A DNA stretch of 64,000 nucleotides from Candidatus Eiseniibacteriota bacterium. Lineage in GTDB: Bacteria; Eisenbacteria; RBG-16-71-46. A model generated the notes under the pieces. The model was not told where the DNA came from and did no database searches. It was given only the letters and a program-made list of their open reading frames with translations. The position numbers were made by a program, and so were the translations under genes. Below are positions 30,578-39,406 of the stretch, piece by piece. Every line of letters starts with the position of its first letter. The first letter of the stretch is position 1. Where the stretch lies: positions 64,001 through 128,000 of the forward strand of contig JBGAML010000013.1 in assembly GCA_044223005.1 (NCBI GenBank). Reading direction: 5' to 3'.

Positions 30578-31687
30578 GTGCAGCCTGCCACCGCGCCCAA
30601 GCGCACCCCGTTCCACGCGTATCACGCCCAGGCGGGCGCGAAGCTCGTGGACTTCGCCGGTTTCGAAATGCCCGTGCGCTACACGGGCGACGTCCGCGAG
30701 CACCTCGCCGTCCGCAACGGCGTCGGCCTGTTCGACATCACGCACATGGGCGAGTTCGACGTGCGCGGCCCCGGCGCGACCGAGTGGCTGAACCACGTCG
30801 TCACGAACGACGTCGCCGCGCTCGAGGTGGGGCAGGCGCTCTATTCGCCCATGTGCCGACCCGACGCCGGCATCGTGGACGACCTCCTGGTCTACCGTTA
30901 CGCCGATCACCACATGGTCGTCGTGAACGCCTCGAACATGGCCAAGGACTTCGCGTGGATGCGCCAGTCGGTGCCCGCGGGCGTCCAGTTCGAGGACCAC
31001 TCCGACCGCACGTCGCTGCTCGCCGTCCAGGGCCCGAAGGCCGCGGACGTGCTGCGCGGCCACGTGCCCGCCGCCGCGCTCGAACTCGGTTACTACCGGT
31101 TCACGACCGGCGAGCTGTTCGGCGTGCCGGCGACGATCTCGCGCACCGGTTACACGGGCGAAGACGGCTTCGAGCTTTACTTCGCGAACGAGTACGCGAC
31201 CCGCGTCTGGGACGGCGTGATCGCCGCGGGCAAGCCCCACGGGCTCGAGCTCATCGGCCTGGGCGCGCGCGACACGCTGCGCCTCGAGATGGGCTACATG
31301 CTCTACGGAAACGACATCGACGACACCACGACGCCTCTCGAGGCCGGGCTCGGCTGGACGGTGAAGCTCGCCAAGGCGGACTTCTCGGGCAAGGCGACGC
31401 TGGTGAAGCAGAAGGCCGAGGGCCTCAAGCGCAAGCTGGTCGGCTTTCAGCTCGACGGCCGGCGCGTGCCGCGACACGGCATGGCGATCCTCTCCGGTGG
31501 CCGCGTGGTGGGGCAGGTGACGAGCGGGACGTTCAGTCCCAGCCTCGAGCGCCCCATCGGCATGGGTTACGTGGAAGCCGCGCTCGCTCCCGTGGGGACG
31601 GCGCTCGAAATCCAGGCAGGTACGACGATGCTGCCCGCGCGGGTGACCGCGCGGCCGTTCCATACCCGCGGCTCGCACAAGTCCTGA
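30578..31687 (+). CDS. gcvT: Glycine cleavage aminomethyltransferase T
   Basis: FAGFEMPVRY, FDITHMGE, SRTGYTGEDGFE, GLGARDTLRLEMG; AAGGAG SD before GTG. Confidence 0.96.
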   Translation: MQPATAPKRTPFHAYHAQAGAKLVDFAGFEMPVRYTGDVREHLAVRNGVGLFDITHMGEFDVRGPGATEWLNHVVTNDVAALEVGQALYSPMCRPDAGIVDDLLVYRYADHHMVVVNASNMAKDFAWMRQSVPAGVQFEDHSDRTSLLAVQGPKAADVLRGHVPAAALELGYYRFTTGELFGVPATISRTGYTGEDGFELYFANEYATRVWDGVIAAGKPHGLELIGLGARDTLRLEMGYMLYGNDIDDTTTPLEAGLGWTVKLAKADFSGKATLVKQKAEGLKRKLVGFQLDGRRVPRHGMAILSGGRVVGQVTSGTFSPSLERPIGMGYVEAALAPVGTALEIQAGTTMLPARVTARPFHTRGSHKS

Positions 31688-31704
31688 GCCGCAAGGAGGC
31701 ACAC

Positions 31705-32088
31705 GTGTCGTTTCCGGACGATGTCCGCTACACGCAGGAGCACGAGTGGGCCCGCGAGGACGCGGGAGTGGTGACGGTCGGCATCACGAGCTACGCCACC
31801 GAGCAGCTCGGTGACGTGGTGTTCGTGGAGCTGCCGGAGGTCGGGCGTGCGGTCGAGGCCGGCAAGGCCTTCGGCGTCGTCGAAGCCGTGAAGACGGTGA
31901 GCGACCTCTACGCGCCGGTGAGCGGGGAGATCGTCGAGGTGAACGGTTCGCTCGGCGACAATCCGGCGCTCGTCAACCAGTCGCCGTACGGTGACGGCTG
32001 GCTCGTGAAGATCAAGCCGACCGGTGGCGAGTTCGGTGCGCTGATGTCGCACGTCGACTACGAGAAGCTGGTCGAGGAGAGCCACTGA
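31705..32088 (+). CDS. gcvH: Glycine cleavage H protein
   Basis: YTQEHEW, LGDVVFVELP, lipoyl motif EAVKTVSD, NQSPYGDGW; AAGGAGG SD. Confidence 0.96.
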   Translation: MSFPDDVRYTQEHEWAREDAGVVTVGITSYATEQLGDVVFVELPEVGRAVEAGKAFGVVEAVKTVSDLYAPVSGEIVEVNGSLGDNPALVNQSPYGDGWLVKIKPTGGEFGALMSHVDYEKLVEESH

Positions 32089-32159
32089 ATCATGACGCGA
32101 CCGGGCGGTTCGCGCACCCGCGCAACGCCCGGCGGCCGGACCGTGACGGAGCGACGCGC

Positions 32160-32621
32160 GTGAGCGCGACCGCCGCCCCGGTCCGGCCCGGTCCCAGCGC
32201 GCCCGCGCCGGACGCCGTCGCCTGGGTTCACGATCCCTGGCGCGAGACGCCGGTGACGGCGGCGCTGGGAGTCTGTTCCGCGCTCTCGCTCTGCACGCTG
32301 GCGCTCGCCGCGCGGCTGCCCTTCCTGCTCGCGGTGGCCCTCTGCGTCGCGGTGCTCGCGACGCTCGAGTTCGCTTTCGTGCGCTTCACGTGCCGGCTGG
32401 ATGCGGCCGGTTGCACCGTGACGGGCCCGCTCGGACCGCGCCGGATGAACTGGACGCAGGTGCGCCGCGTGCATGAGGTGCCGGCCGGGCTGCGACTGCT
32501 GACGACCCCGGCGCCGCATCCGCTCGACGCCGTGCGCTCGCTGCTGGTTCCCATGCCGAGGTCGCGCGCCGCGGAACTGCGCGTGACGGTGGAGCGCCTG
32601 CGTGGCGGCACCCGCGCCTGA
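32160..32621 (+). CDS. Hypothetical membrane protein (2 TM plus a small PH-like domain)
   Basis: Hydrophobic pair followed by GPRRMNWTQVRRV; overlaps the next gene. Confidence 0.6.
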   Translation: MSATAAPVRPGPSAPAPDAVAWVHDPWRETPVTAALGVCSALSLCTLALAARLPFLLAVALCVAVLATLEFAFVRFTCRLDAAGCTVTGPLGPRRMNWTQVRRVHEVPAGLRLLTTPAPHPLDAVRSLLVPMPRSRAAELRVTVERLRGGTRA

Positions 32622-32916
32622 CAGCGTGCTCGAGGCCGCGGACCACGAGCTGCTCGAGCGGCTCGCGCGCCGCATCGTCGACCTGCGTCTCGAGACGCCG
32701 GCGATCCTCGCGCTCGAGACCGCGCGGCCGGTGACGTTTCTCGCGTCGCAGGCGATGGTGTTCTTCGAGCCGTTCGCACAGGCCATGTTCCGCCTGCCGG
32801 ACTACCGGCGGTTCGCGGCGCTGGCCGAGCGGCGCGAGGCGTTGGAGGTGCTGACGGTGCGGATCGAGACGCTCGCCGGGGACCGCGACGCCGCACCGCG
32901 CGGGGGGCCGGCGTGA
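32602..32916 (+). CDS. Small hypothetical helical protein
   Basis: LERLARRIVDLRLETPAILALETARP; GTGA overlap with the glmL-like gene. Confidence 0.7.
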   Translation: MAAPAPDSVLEAADHELLERLARRIVDLRLETPAILALETARPVTFLASQAMVFFEPFAQAMFRLPDYRRFAALAERREALEVLTVRIETLAGDRDAAPRGGPA

Positions 32917-34742
32917 GCGCGCCGATCCGGCCCGAAGCGGTTCGTTCGGTGCTCGCCACCGACTGCGGCTCCACGACGACGAAGGCCATCCTCGTCGAGC
33001 GCGGGCCCGACGGCTTCCGTCTCGCGGCGCGCGGCGAGGCGCCGACGACCGTCGAGGCGCCGTTCGAGGACGTGACGCGCGGTGTGCTCAATGCGGTACG
33101 CGAGGTGGAGGAGCTTCGCGGGCGCCGGCTGCTCGACGGCGACCGCATTCTTTCGCCGCAGGTGGGCGAAGACGGCGTGGACCTCTACCTGTCCACGTCG
33201 AGCGCGGGCGGCGGGCTGCAGATGATGGTGTCCGGCCTGGTGATGCAGATGACGGGCGAGAGCGCCCAGCGGGCGGCGCTCGGCGCGGGCGCGATCGTGA
33301 TGGACGTGATGGCGCTCAACGACGGCCGACGGCCGCACGAGAAGATCCGCCGGCTGCGCGAGCTGCGCCCCGACATGATCCTGATGTCCGGGGGGACCGA
33401 CGGCGGCGACGTGCGCCGCGTCGCCGAGATGGCCGAGCTGCTGGCGGCGGCCGATCCGCGCGCGCGCCTCGGCGCCGGCTACCAGCTCCCGGTCATCTAC
33501 GCCGGCAATCCCGCCGCGGCGGGCGTGGTGCGCGACGCCCTCGCGGCGCGCACGGCGCTCACGGTCGTCGACAACCTGCGGCCGTCGCTCGAGCGCGAGA
33601 ACCTGGGCCCGGCCCGCGACGCGATCCACGAGCTGTTCATGGAGCACGTGATGGCGCACGCGCCGGGCTACCGGAAGCTGATGGAATGGTCACCCGTGCC
33701 GATCCTGCCGACGCCCGGCGCCGTCGGGCGCATGATCGAGCAGGTCGCGCGTCGCGACGGCATCTCGGTCGTCGGCGTGGACATCGGGGGCGCCACCACC
33801 GACGTGTTCTCGGTGTTCCGCACGCCCGAGGGCGAGAGCGTCTTTCACCGCACGGTGTCCGCGAACCTCGGCATGAGCTACTCGGTCTCCAACGTGCTCG
33901 CCGAAGCCGGCATCGCGGGCATCCTGCGCTGGGTGCCGTTCGCCGTGGACGAGGGCGAGCTGCGGAACCGGATCCAGAACAAGATGATCCGCCCGACCTC
34001 GATCCCGCAGGCGCTCGAGGACCTCGTGATCGAGCAGGCGATCTGCCGCGAGGCGCTGCGGCTGTCGTTCGACCAGCATCGCGCGCTGGCGGTGGGGCTC
34101 AAGGGCCGCCAGCAGTCGCGCGACATCTCGCACGCGCTCGACCGCTCGGAGGCGGGCGAGTCGATCGTCGACCGCATGGCGCTCGACCTCCTCGTCGGCT
34201 CCGGTGGCGTGCTGTCGCACGCGCCGCGCCGCGCGCAGGCCATGCTGATGATGATCGACGCGTTCCTGCCGGAGGGCGTGACCGAACTGGCGGTGGACAG
34301 CATCTTCATGACGCCGCAGCTCGGCGTGCTCTCGACGGTGCTCCCGGAGGCGGCGACCGAGGTGTTCGATCGCGACTGCCTCGTGCCGCTCGGCGCCTGC
34401 GTCGCGCCGGTGGGCCCGGGCCGTGCGGGCCAGGCGTGCGTGCAGGTCGAGGTGCGTGGCGAGGGATCTCCGGTGTCGCGGCGCGTGGCGTATGGCACGG
34501 TCGAGCGGATTCCCACCGGTTCCGCGGCCGCGGTGACGATCGTCGCGACGCCCGAGCGGGGATTCGACGTGGGCGCGGGCCGCGGCCGCCCGGTGGAACG
34601 GCGCGTGCGCGCGGGCGAGGTCGGCGTGGTCGTCGACACCCGTGGGCGGCAGCCGTTCGCGCTGCCGGAGGGTTCCGACGCGCGCCTCGCGGCGCTGCGG
34701 GAGTGGAACCGCGCGCTCGCCCTCTACCCGAGGGAATCCTGA
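32913..34742 (+). CDS. Glutamate mutase L (GlmL/MutL)-like ASKHA ATPase, long form
   Basis: Phosphate-1 TDCGSTTTK, TSSAGGGL, LMSGGTDGG, PTPGAV, phosphate-2 VDIGGATTDVFS, RTVSANLGMSYS, VGSGGVLSHA. Confidence 0.85.
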   Translation: MSAPIRPEAVRSVLATDCGSTTTKAILVERGPDGFRLAARGEAPTTVEAPFEDVTRGVLNAVREVEELRGRRLLDGDRILSPQVGEDGVDLYLSTSSAGGGLQMMVSGLVMQMTGESAQRAALGAGAIVMDVMALNDGRRPHEKIRRLRELRPDMILMSGGTDGGDVRRVAEMAELLAAADPRARLGAGYQLPVIYAGNPAAAGVVRDALAARTALTVVDNLRPSLERENLGPARDAIHELFMEHVMAHAPGYRKLMEWSPVPILPTPGAVGRMIEQVARRDGISVVGVDIGGATTDVFSVFRTPEGESVFHRTVSANLGMSYSVSNVLAEAGIAGILRWVPFAVDEGELRNRIQNKMIRPTSIPQALEDLVIEQAICREALRLSFDQHRALAVGLKGRQQSRDISHALDRSEAGESIVDRMALDLLVGSGGVLSHAPRRAQAMLMMIDAFLPEGVTELAVDSIFMTPQLGVLSTVLPEAATEVFDRDCLVPLGACVAPVGPGRAGQACVQVEVRGEGSPVSRRVAYGTVERIPTGSAAAVTIVATPERGFDVGAGRGRPVERRVRAGEVGVVVDTRGRQPFALPEGSDARLAALREWNRALALYPRES

Positions 34743-34744
34743 CG

Positions 34745-35869
34745 ATGGCCCACGCCTACACGCCCGGATTGCGCGTCGCCGATGCGGCCACGGTGCGCCG
34801 CGAGCGGCGGCTGCCGCTGCACGGCGAGGTGCTCGTGACGGTGGGCGCCGAGGTGGGGCCGGACACGGTGGTGGCGCGCGCGCAGTTGCCGGGCAACGTG
34901 CAGGCGCTTCCGCTCGCGGCGCGGCTGGGTCTCGATCCTGCGCAGGTGCTGAAGGCGCTCCAGGTCCCCGTGGGCGCGACGGTGCGCGCGGGCGAGCGGC
35001 TCGCGGAGTGGAAGGGGCTGCTCGGGCTCGTGCGCACGACGGTCGAGGCGCCCGTCGACGGCACCGTCGAGAGCGTCTCCACCGTGACGGGCCAGCTCCT
35101 GCTGCGCGAGCCGCCGATCCCGGTCGAGGTCGCCGCGTACGTGCGCGGCCGGGTGGCGGAGGTGCTGCCGGGCGAGGGCGTGGTGGTGGAATCCAGCGGC
35201 GCGCTGGTGCAGGGCATCTTCGGCGTCGGCGGCGAGACGTTCGGGCCGTTGCGCATCGCGGCCCCGGGGCCCGAGGCGGAGCTTTCGGTACGCGACCTCG
35301 CCGCGGTGAAGCGGGGCGACGTGGTGGTGGCCGGGGCGTTCGTGACCGCGGCAACGCTCGAGGCCGCGCGCGAACGCGGCGTGGCCGCGGTGGTGGTCGG
35401 CGGGTTCGACGGCGGCGACCTGCGCCGGCTGCTCGGGCGCGATCTCGGCGTCGCGATCACGGGCGGTGAGGCGATCGGCTTCACGCTCGTGATGACCGAA
35501 GGCTTCGGCCGGATCCCGATGGCGCCCCGGACCTGGGATCTGCTGCGGCGCCTCGAGGGCCGCGTCGCCTCGGTGAGTGGTGCGACGCAGATCCGCGCCG
35601 GTGTCCTGCGTCCCGAGATCCTCGTGCCGGGCGAGGCGCCGGGCGGTGCGGCGGCGAGCGCCGCGGACGACGGCGGCCTGGCCGTGGGCTCGCTCGTGCG
35701 CATGATCCGCGAGCCGGGCTTCGGCCGGCTCGGCCGCGTCGTCGAGCTCCCCAGCGAACTGCAGGCGCTCGAGACGGAGGCGCGCGTGCGCGTGCTCGTG
35801 CTCGAGTTCGCCGACAGCAGTGGCCGTGCGACCGTTCCGCGCGCCAACGTGGAGCGGCTGGCGCCGTGA
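34745..35869 (+). CDS. Conserved hypothetical protein with barrel-sandwich-hybrid (lipoyl/biotinyl-like) segments and a KOW-like C-terminus
   Basis: MAHAYTPGLRV start; VGATVRAGERLAE..VEAPVDGTV; QGIFGVGGE; TEGFG; GATQIRAGVLRPE; GSLVRMIREPGFGRLGRV. Confidence 0.8.
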   Translation: MAHAYTPGLRVADAATVRRERRLPLHGEVLVTVGAEVGPDTVVARAQLPGNVQALPLAARLGLDPAQVLKALQVPVGATVRAGERLAEWKGLLGLVRTTVEAPVDGTVESVSTVTGQLLLREPPIPVEVAAYVRGRVAEVLPGEGVVVESSGALVQGIFGVGGETFGPLRIAAPGPEAELSVRDLAAVKRGDVVVAGAFVTAATLEAARERGVAAVVVGGFDGGDLRRLLGRDLGVAITGGEAIGFTLVMTEGFGRIPMAPRTWDLLRRLEGRVASVSGATQIRAGVLRPEILVPGEAPGGAAASAADDGGLAVGSLVRMIREPGFGRLGRVVELPSELQALETEARVRVLVLEFADSSGRATVPRANVERLAP

Positions 35870-35973
35870 GCATCTGCGATCGTCGTTCGTGCGTTGACGC
35901 CGGGGCCGCGGCGCTGCTACACCGCCTGCGGCGCCCGCGATCCGGCGGGCCGTCCGCGTCCACGGGAGGGACC

Positions 35974-37191
35974 TTGCGCTCGCTCGCTCGCCGAAGGCCG
36001 GAGGTCGTGCGCCGGGCGTTCGCGCTCGCCGCCGCCGGTGCGCTGCTCGCCGTGCTGGGCGCGGTGCACGCCGCGCTCGCCTCGGCGCCCGAGCCCGGGG
36101 CGACTCCCGCGCCGGCCGCCGCGACCGGGCTCATGTACGCCGACGTGCCCAACGACGCGGGCCGCGCGGTGTCGCTGCGCTGGACGCGATCGGCGGACGA
36201 CTCCGCGGGGCGCGGACTCGTGACGGCCTACGTCCTCGAGCGTGCGCTCGCCCCGGGCGGACCGTGGAGCGACGTCGACACGCTCGCGGCGGGCACGGAG
36301 ATCGCGGTCGACCGCACGGTGGCGCGCGACACCCCCTACTTCTACCGCGTCTCGACGCTGGGCCCGGGTGGCCGCACGCCCGCCGGCGCCGTGGCCGGCC
36401 CGGCGATCGCACGCGCCACGTGGTTCAACACGACCCGCGGCTCGGTGCTGGCGTTCCTCGTCCTCTTCTTCGCGCTCGTGCTCGGCTACATGTCGCTCGC
36501 GCACTCGGGCCGGCGCCCGTTCGTGCGGCGCCTGCGCGGAATCGACGCGATCGAGGAAGCGGTGGGCCGGGCGACGGAGATGGGGCGGCCGGTGCTCTAC
36601 GTGCCCGGCATCCAGGACATCGACGAGATCCAGACGGTCGCGAGTCTCGTGGTGCTGGAGAGCGTCGCGAAGATGACCGCGCGCTACGCGACCCCGATCC
36701 GCGTGCCGGTCGCGTACCCGATCCCGTTCACGATCGCGCAGGAGACGGTGCGGGCGAGCTACCAGAACGCCGGCGTGCCGGACGCCGTCGAGCCCGACGC
36801 GGTGCGCTTCGTTTCCCCGGAGCAGTTCGCGTACGTGGCGGCGATCACCGGCATCATCCTGCGCGACCGGCCGGCCGCGCACCTGTTCCTGGGGTCGTTC
36901 TACGGCGAGTCGCTCATGCTGGCCGAAACCGGCTACTCGACGGGCGCGATCCAGGTCGCCGGCACCGCGAACGTGCACCAGCTGCCGTTCTTCGTCGTCG
37001 CCTGCGACCACACGCTGATCGGCGAGGAGCTGTTCGCGGCCAGCGCCTACCTCTCGGGCGATCCGCGGCTGGTGGGCGGACTCAAGGGCGCGGACGTCGT
37101 GAAGCTCGTGATCGTCGCGCTCGTGCTGCTGGGCTGCACGCTCGAGACCGTCGGGATCCACGGATTCACCGACTGGATGCGCACGCAATGA
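35974..37191 (+). CDS. Fibronectin-III-like domain plus DUF6754-like membrane protein
   Basis: GGGAGG SD before TTG 35974; signal/TM; DVPNDAGRAVSLRW..YFYRV (FN3-like); RRLRGIDAIEEAVGRATEMGRP; LIGEELFAASAYL. Confidence 0.75.
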   Translation: MRSLARRRPEVVRRAFALAAAGALLAVLGAVHAALASAPEPGATPAPAAATGLMYADVPNDAGRAVSLRWTRSADDSAGRGLVTAYVLERALAPGGPWSDVDTLAAGTEIAVDRTVARDTPYFYRVSTLGPGGRTPAGAVAGPAIARATWFNTTRGSVLAFLVLFFALVLGYMSLAHSGRRPFVRRLRGIDAIEEAVGRATEMGRPVLYVPGIQDIDEIQTVASLVVLESVAKMTARYATPIRVPVAYPIPFTIAQETVRASYQNAGVPDAVEPDAVRFVSPEQFAYVAAITGIILRDRPAAHLFLGSFYGESLMLAETGYSTGAIQVAGTANVHQLPFFVVACDHTLIGEELFAASAYLSGDPRLVGGLKGADVVKLVIVALVLLGCTLETVGIHGFTDWMRTQ

Positions 37192-37201
37192 GGGCCCGGG
37201 C

Positions 37202-37882
37202 ATGAAGCGCGAGATCCCGATCGCCCTCACCGCCGTGATCGGCCTGTTCATGATCGCGGGCTTCTTCGTGCCGCACCCGTGGGTGAGCGTGCCCGCGGAC
37301 TTCCTGCAGCAGTGCGCGGTGATCGTGGTCGCGTTCGGGTACGTGCTCGGCGGCGCCAACGTCCTGCGCGTGAATCTCGACGCGGTGTTCCGCCGGCAGC
37401 GGGACTGGCCGTACAAGATCCTCCTGCTGGTGGCCATGGGCGTGACGCTGGTGTTCGGGCTCGTGGTCGATCGCGCCGCGTTCCAGGAGCCGGGCACCGT
37501 CTCGCTCTGGATCTACAACCACGTCTACGTGCCCATGAACTCCACGATGTTCGCGCTGCTCGCGTTCTTCATCGCTTCGGCGGCGTTCCGCGCGTTCCGG
37601 ATCCGCACGGCCGAGGCCGCGCTGCTCGCGGCGGCGGCGCTCGTCGTGATGATCGGGCGGGTGCCGGTGGGGGACGCGATCGTGCGCGCGCTGCTCGATC
37701 ACGAGGGCCTCCCGCACGCGGTGCGTGCGTTCCACGTGAGCGACGTGCAGCAGTGGGTGATGGACGTGCCGCAGAACGCCGCCAAGCGTGCCGTGCTGAT
37801 CGGCGCCGCGCTCGGCGTCATGGCGACCGGCCTGCGCGTCATCCTCGGGATCGAACGCACCACCATGGGCGGAGGGGGCTGA
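37202..37882 (+). CDS. Hypothetical polytopic membrane protein (about 6 TM)
   Basis: Hydrophobic profile; STMFALLAFFIASAAFRAFRIR; LRVILGIER. Confidence 0.8.
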   Translation: MKREIPIALTAVIGLFMIAGFFVPHPWVSVPADFLQQCAVIVVAFGYVLGGANVLRVNLDAVFRRQRDWPYKILLLVAMGVTLVFGLVVDRAAFQEPGTVSLWIYNHVYVPMNSTMFALLAFFIASAAFRAFRIRTAEAALLAAAALVVMIGRVPVGDAIVRALLDHEGLPHAVRAFHVSDVQQWVMDVPQNAAKRAVLIGAALGVMATGLRVILGIERTTMGGGG

Positions 37883-37883
37883 C

Positions 37884-38723
37884 GTGGACCTTTCGCGCCT
37901 GCACGCGTTGGACCGCCGCTGGCTGTTCCTGCTCATGGGACTGCTGGTGCTCGGGCCGCTGCTCTGGCCGATCGGGCTCCCGATCGAGCCGACGCGCCCC
38001 AGCCGCCAGTTCGCCGGCGCCATCGACTCGCTCCCGGACGGCAGCCTCGTGCTCATGTCCTGCGACTACGATCCGGCCTCGCGCCCCGAGCTCGTGCCCA
38101 TGACGCAGACGGCGCTCCGGCAGCTGTGGCGGAAGCACTGCCGCGTGGTGATCACGGTGCTCTGGAACGGCGGCCCGGCGCTCGTCGACCAGACCGTCGA
38201 AGGCGTCGCCGGCGAGTTCCGCGCGCGCGGGGAGAAGCTCGTGGACGGCGTCGACTACGTGAACCTCGGCTACAAGGCGGGCAACGAGGCCGTGATGGTG
38301 CTCATGGGCCAGAGCGTGAAGGCCACGTTCCCGGTCGACCAGCATCGCCGGTCCACGGCGACGCTCCCGATCATGCGCGAGGTGGGCAACTACTCGAGCT
38401 TCGCCATGCTGGTGAACATCTCCGCCGGCTACCCGGGCACCAAGGAGTGGGTGCAGCAGGTGAACTCGCGCTTCCACCTGCCGATGATCTCCGGCTGCAC
38501 CGCGGTGAGCGCGCCGGAGTACTACCCGTATCTGCAGTCGGGCCAGCTGCGGGGCCTGCTGGGCGGCATGGCGGGCGCGGCGGAATACGAGAAGCTGTGC
38601 GGCGAGCGCGGTCCGGCCACGCGCGGCATGGACGCGCAGTCGCTCGCGCACCTGTTCATCGCCGCGTGCATCGTGCTCGGCAATGTCGCGGTCGCCCGCC
38701 GCGGGAAGGGCGGCGCCCGATGA
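37884..38723 (+). CDS. Hypothetical membrane-anchored alpha/beta protein
   Basis: TM at both ends; DYVNLGYKAG, YPYLQSGQLRGLLGGMAGAAEYE; GGAGG SD. Confidence 0.8.
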   Translation: MDLSRLHALDRRWLFLLMGLLVLGPLLWPIGLPIEPTRPSRQFAGAIDSLPDGSLVLMSCDYDPASRPELVPMTQTALRQLWRKHCRVVITVLWNGGPALVDQTVEGVAGEFRARGEKLVDGVDYVNLGYKAGNEAVMVLMGQSVKATFPVDQHRRSTATLPIMREVGNYSSFAMLVNISAGYPGTKEWVQQVNSRFHLPMISGCTAVSAPEYYPYLQSGQLRGLLGGMAGAAEYEKLCGERGPATRGMDAQSLAHLFIAACIVLGNVAVARRGKGGAR

Positions 38724-39394
38724 ACGTGTCGCACGATTTCGGCATCTGGCTCGGCGCCCTGCTGACGCTCTGCGTGTTCTCGTTCCTCTGGCGCGACAAC
38801 CCGCTCTACAAGTTCGCGGAGCACCTGTTCGTCGGCGTGTCGGCCGGCTACTACATCGTGCTCAACTACTGGACCGTGATCCACGCGAACCTCGTTCGGC
38901 CGCTGCTCGCGGCGTTCGGCGGTCAGGCCGCGGGCGGACCGTGGCACGCGTCGCAGGGCGACTACCGCGCGTGGCTCGTGATCCCGGCAATCCTGGGCGT
39001 GCTGCTCTTCACCCGGCTCTTCTCGCGCTTCGACTGGCCGTCGCGCTGGTCTCTCGCGGTGATCCTCGGCGTGTACGCGGGCCTCAAGACCACCGGCTTC
39101 GCGCAGGGCGACCTCGTCGCGCAGGTGCAGGCGAGCCTGCAGTCGCTCTGGATCCCGGGCCACCTGTGGGCGAGCGCCAACGCGATCCTCTTCACCGTCG
39201 GACTGCTCACCTCGCTGCTCTACTTCTACTACAGCCGCGAGCACAAGGGTGTGCTGGGCGGCGTGTCGCGCATCGGCGTCTGGTTCCTGATGCTGTCCTT
39301 CGGGGCCGGCTACGGTTACACGGTGATGTCGCGGGTCTCGCTGCTCATCGGGCGCTTCCAGTACCTCGTCGAGGACTGGCTGCACCTGCGCTGA
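38720..39394 (+). CDS. Hypothetical polytopic membrane protein (about 6 TM)
   Basis: ATGA overlap; FSFLWRDNPLYKFAEHLFVGVSAGY; FGAGYGYTVMSRVSLLIGR. Confidence 0.8.
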   Translation: MNVSHDFGIWLGALLTLCVFSFLWRDNPLYKFAEHLFVGVSAGYYIVLNYWTVIHANLVRPLLAAFGGQAAGGPWHASQGDYRAWLVIPAILGVLLFTRLFSRFDWPSRWSLAVILGVYAGLKTTGFAQGDLVAQVQASLQSLWIPGHLWASANAILFTVGLLTSLLYFYYSREHKGVLGGVSRIGVWFLMLSFGAGYGYTVMSRVSLLIGRFQYLVEDWLHLR

Positions 39395-39406
39395 AACGCG
39401 CCGGCG

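Noticed and set aside
32913..34742. Calling this DNA-repair MutL because mutS is in the window, or calling the locus a glutamate mutase operon
   Set aside because: Motifs are ASKHA (GlmL/MutL accessory), not GHKL, and no mutase E/S subunits are present
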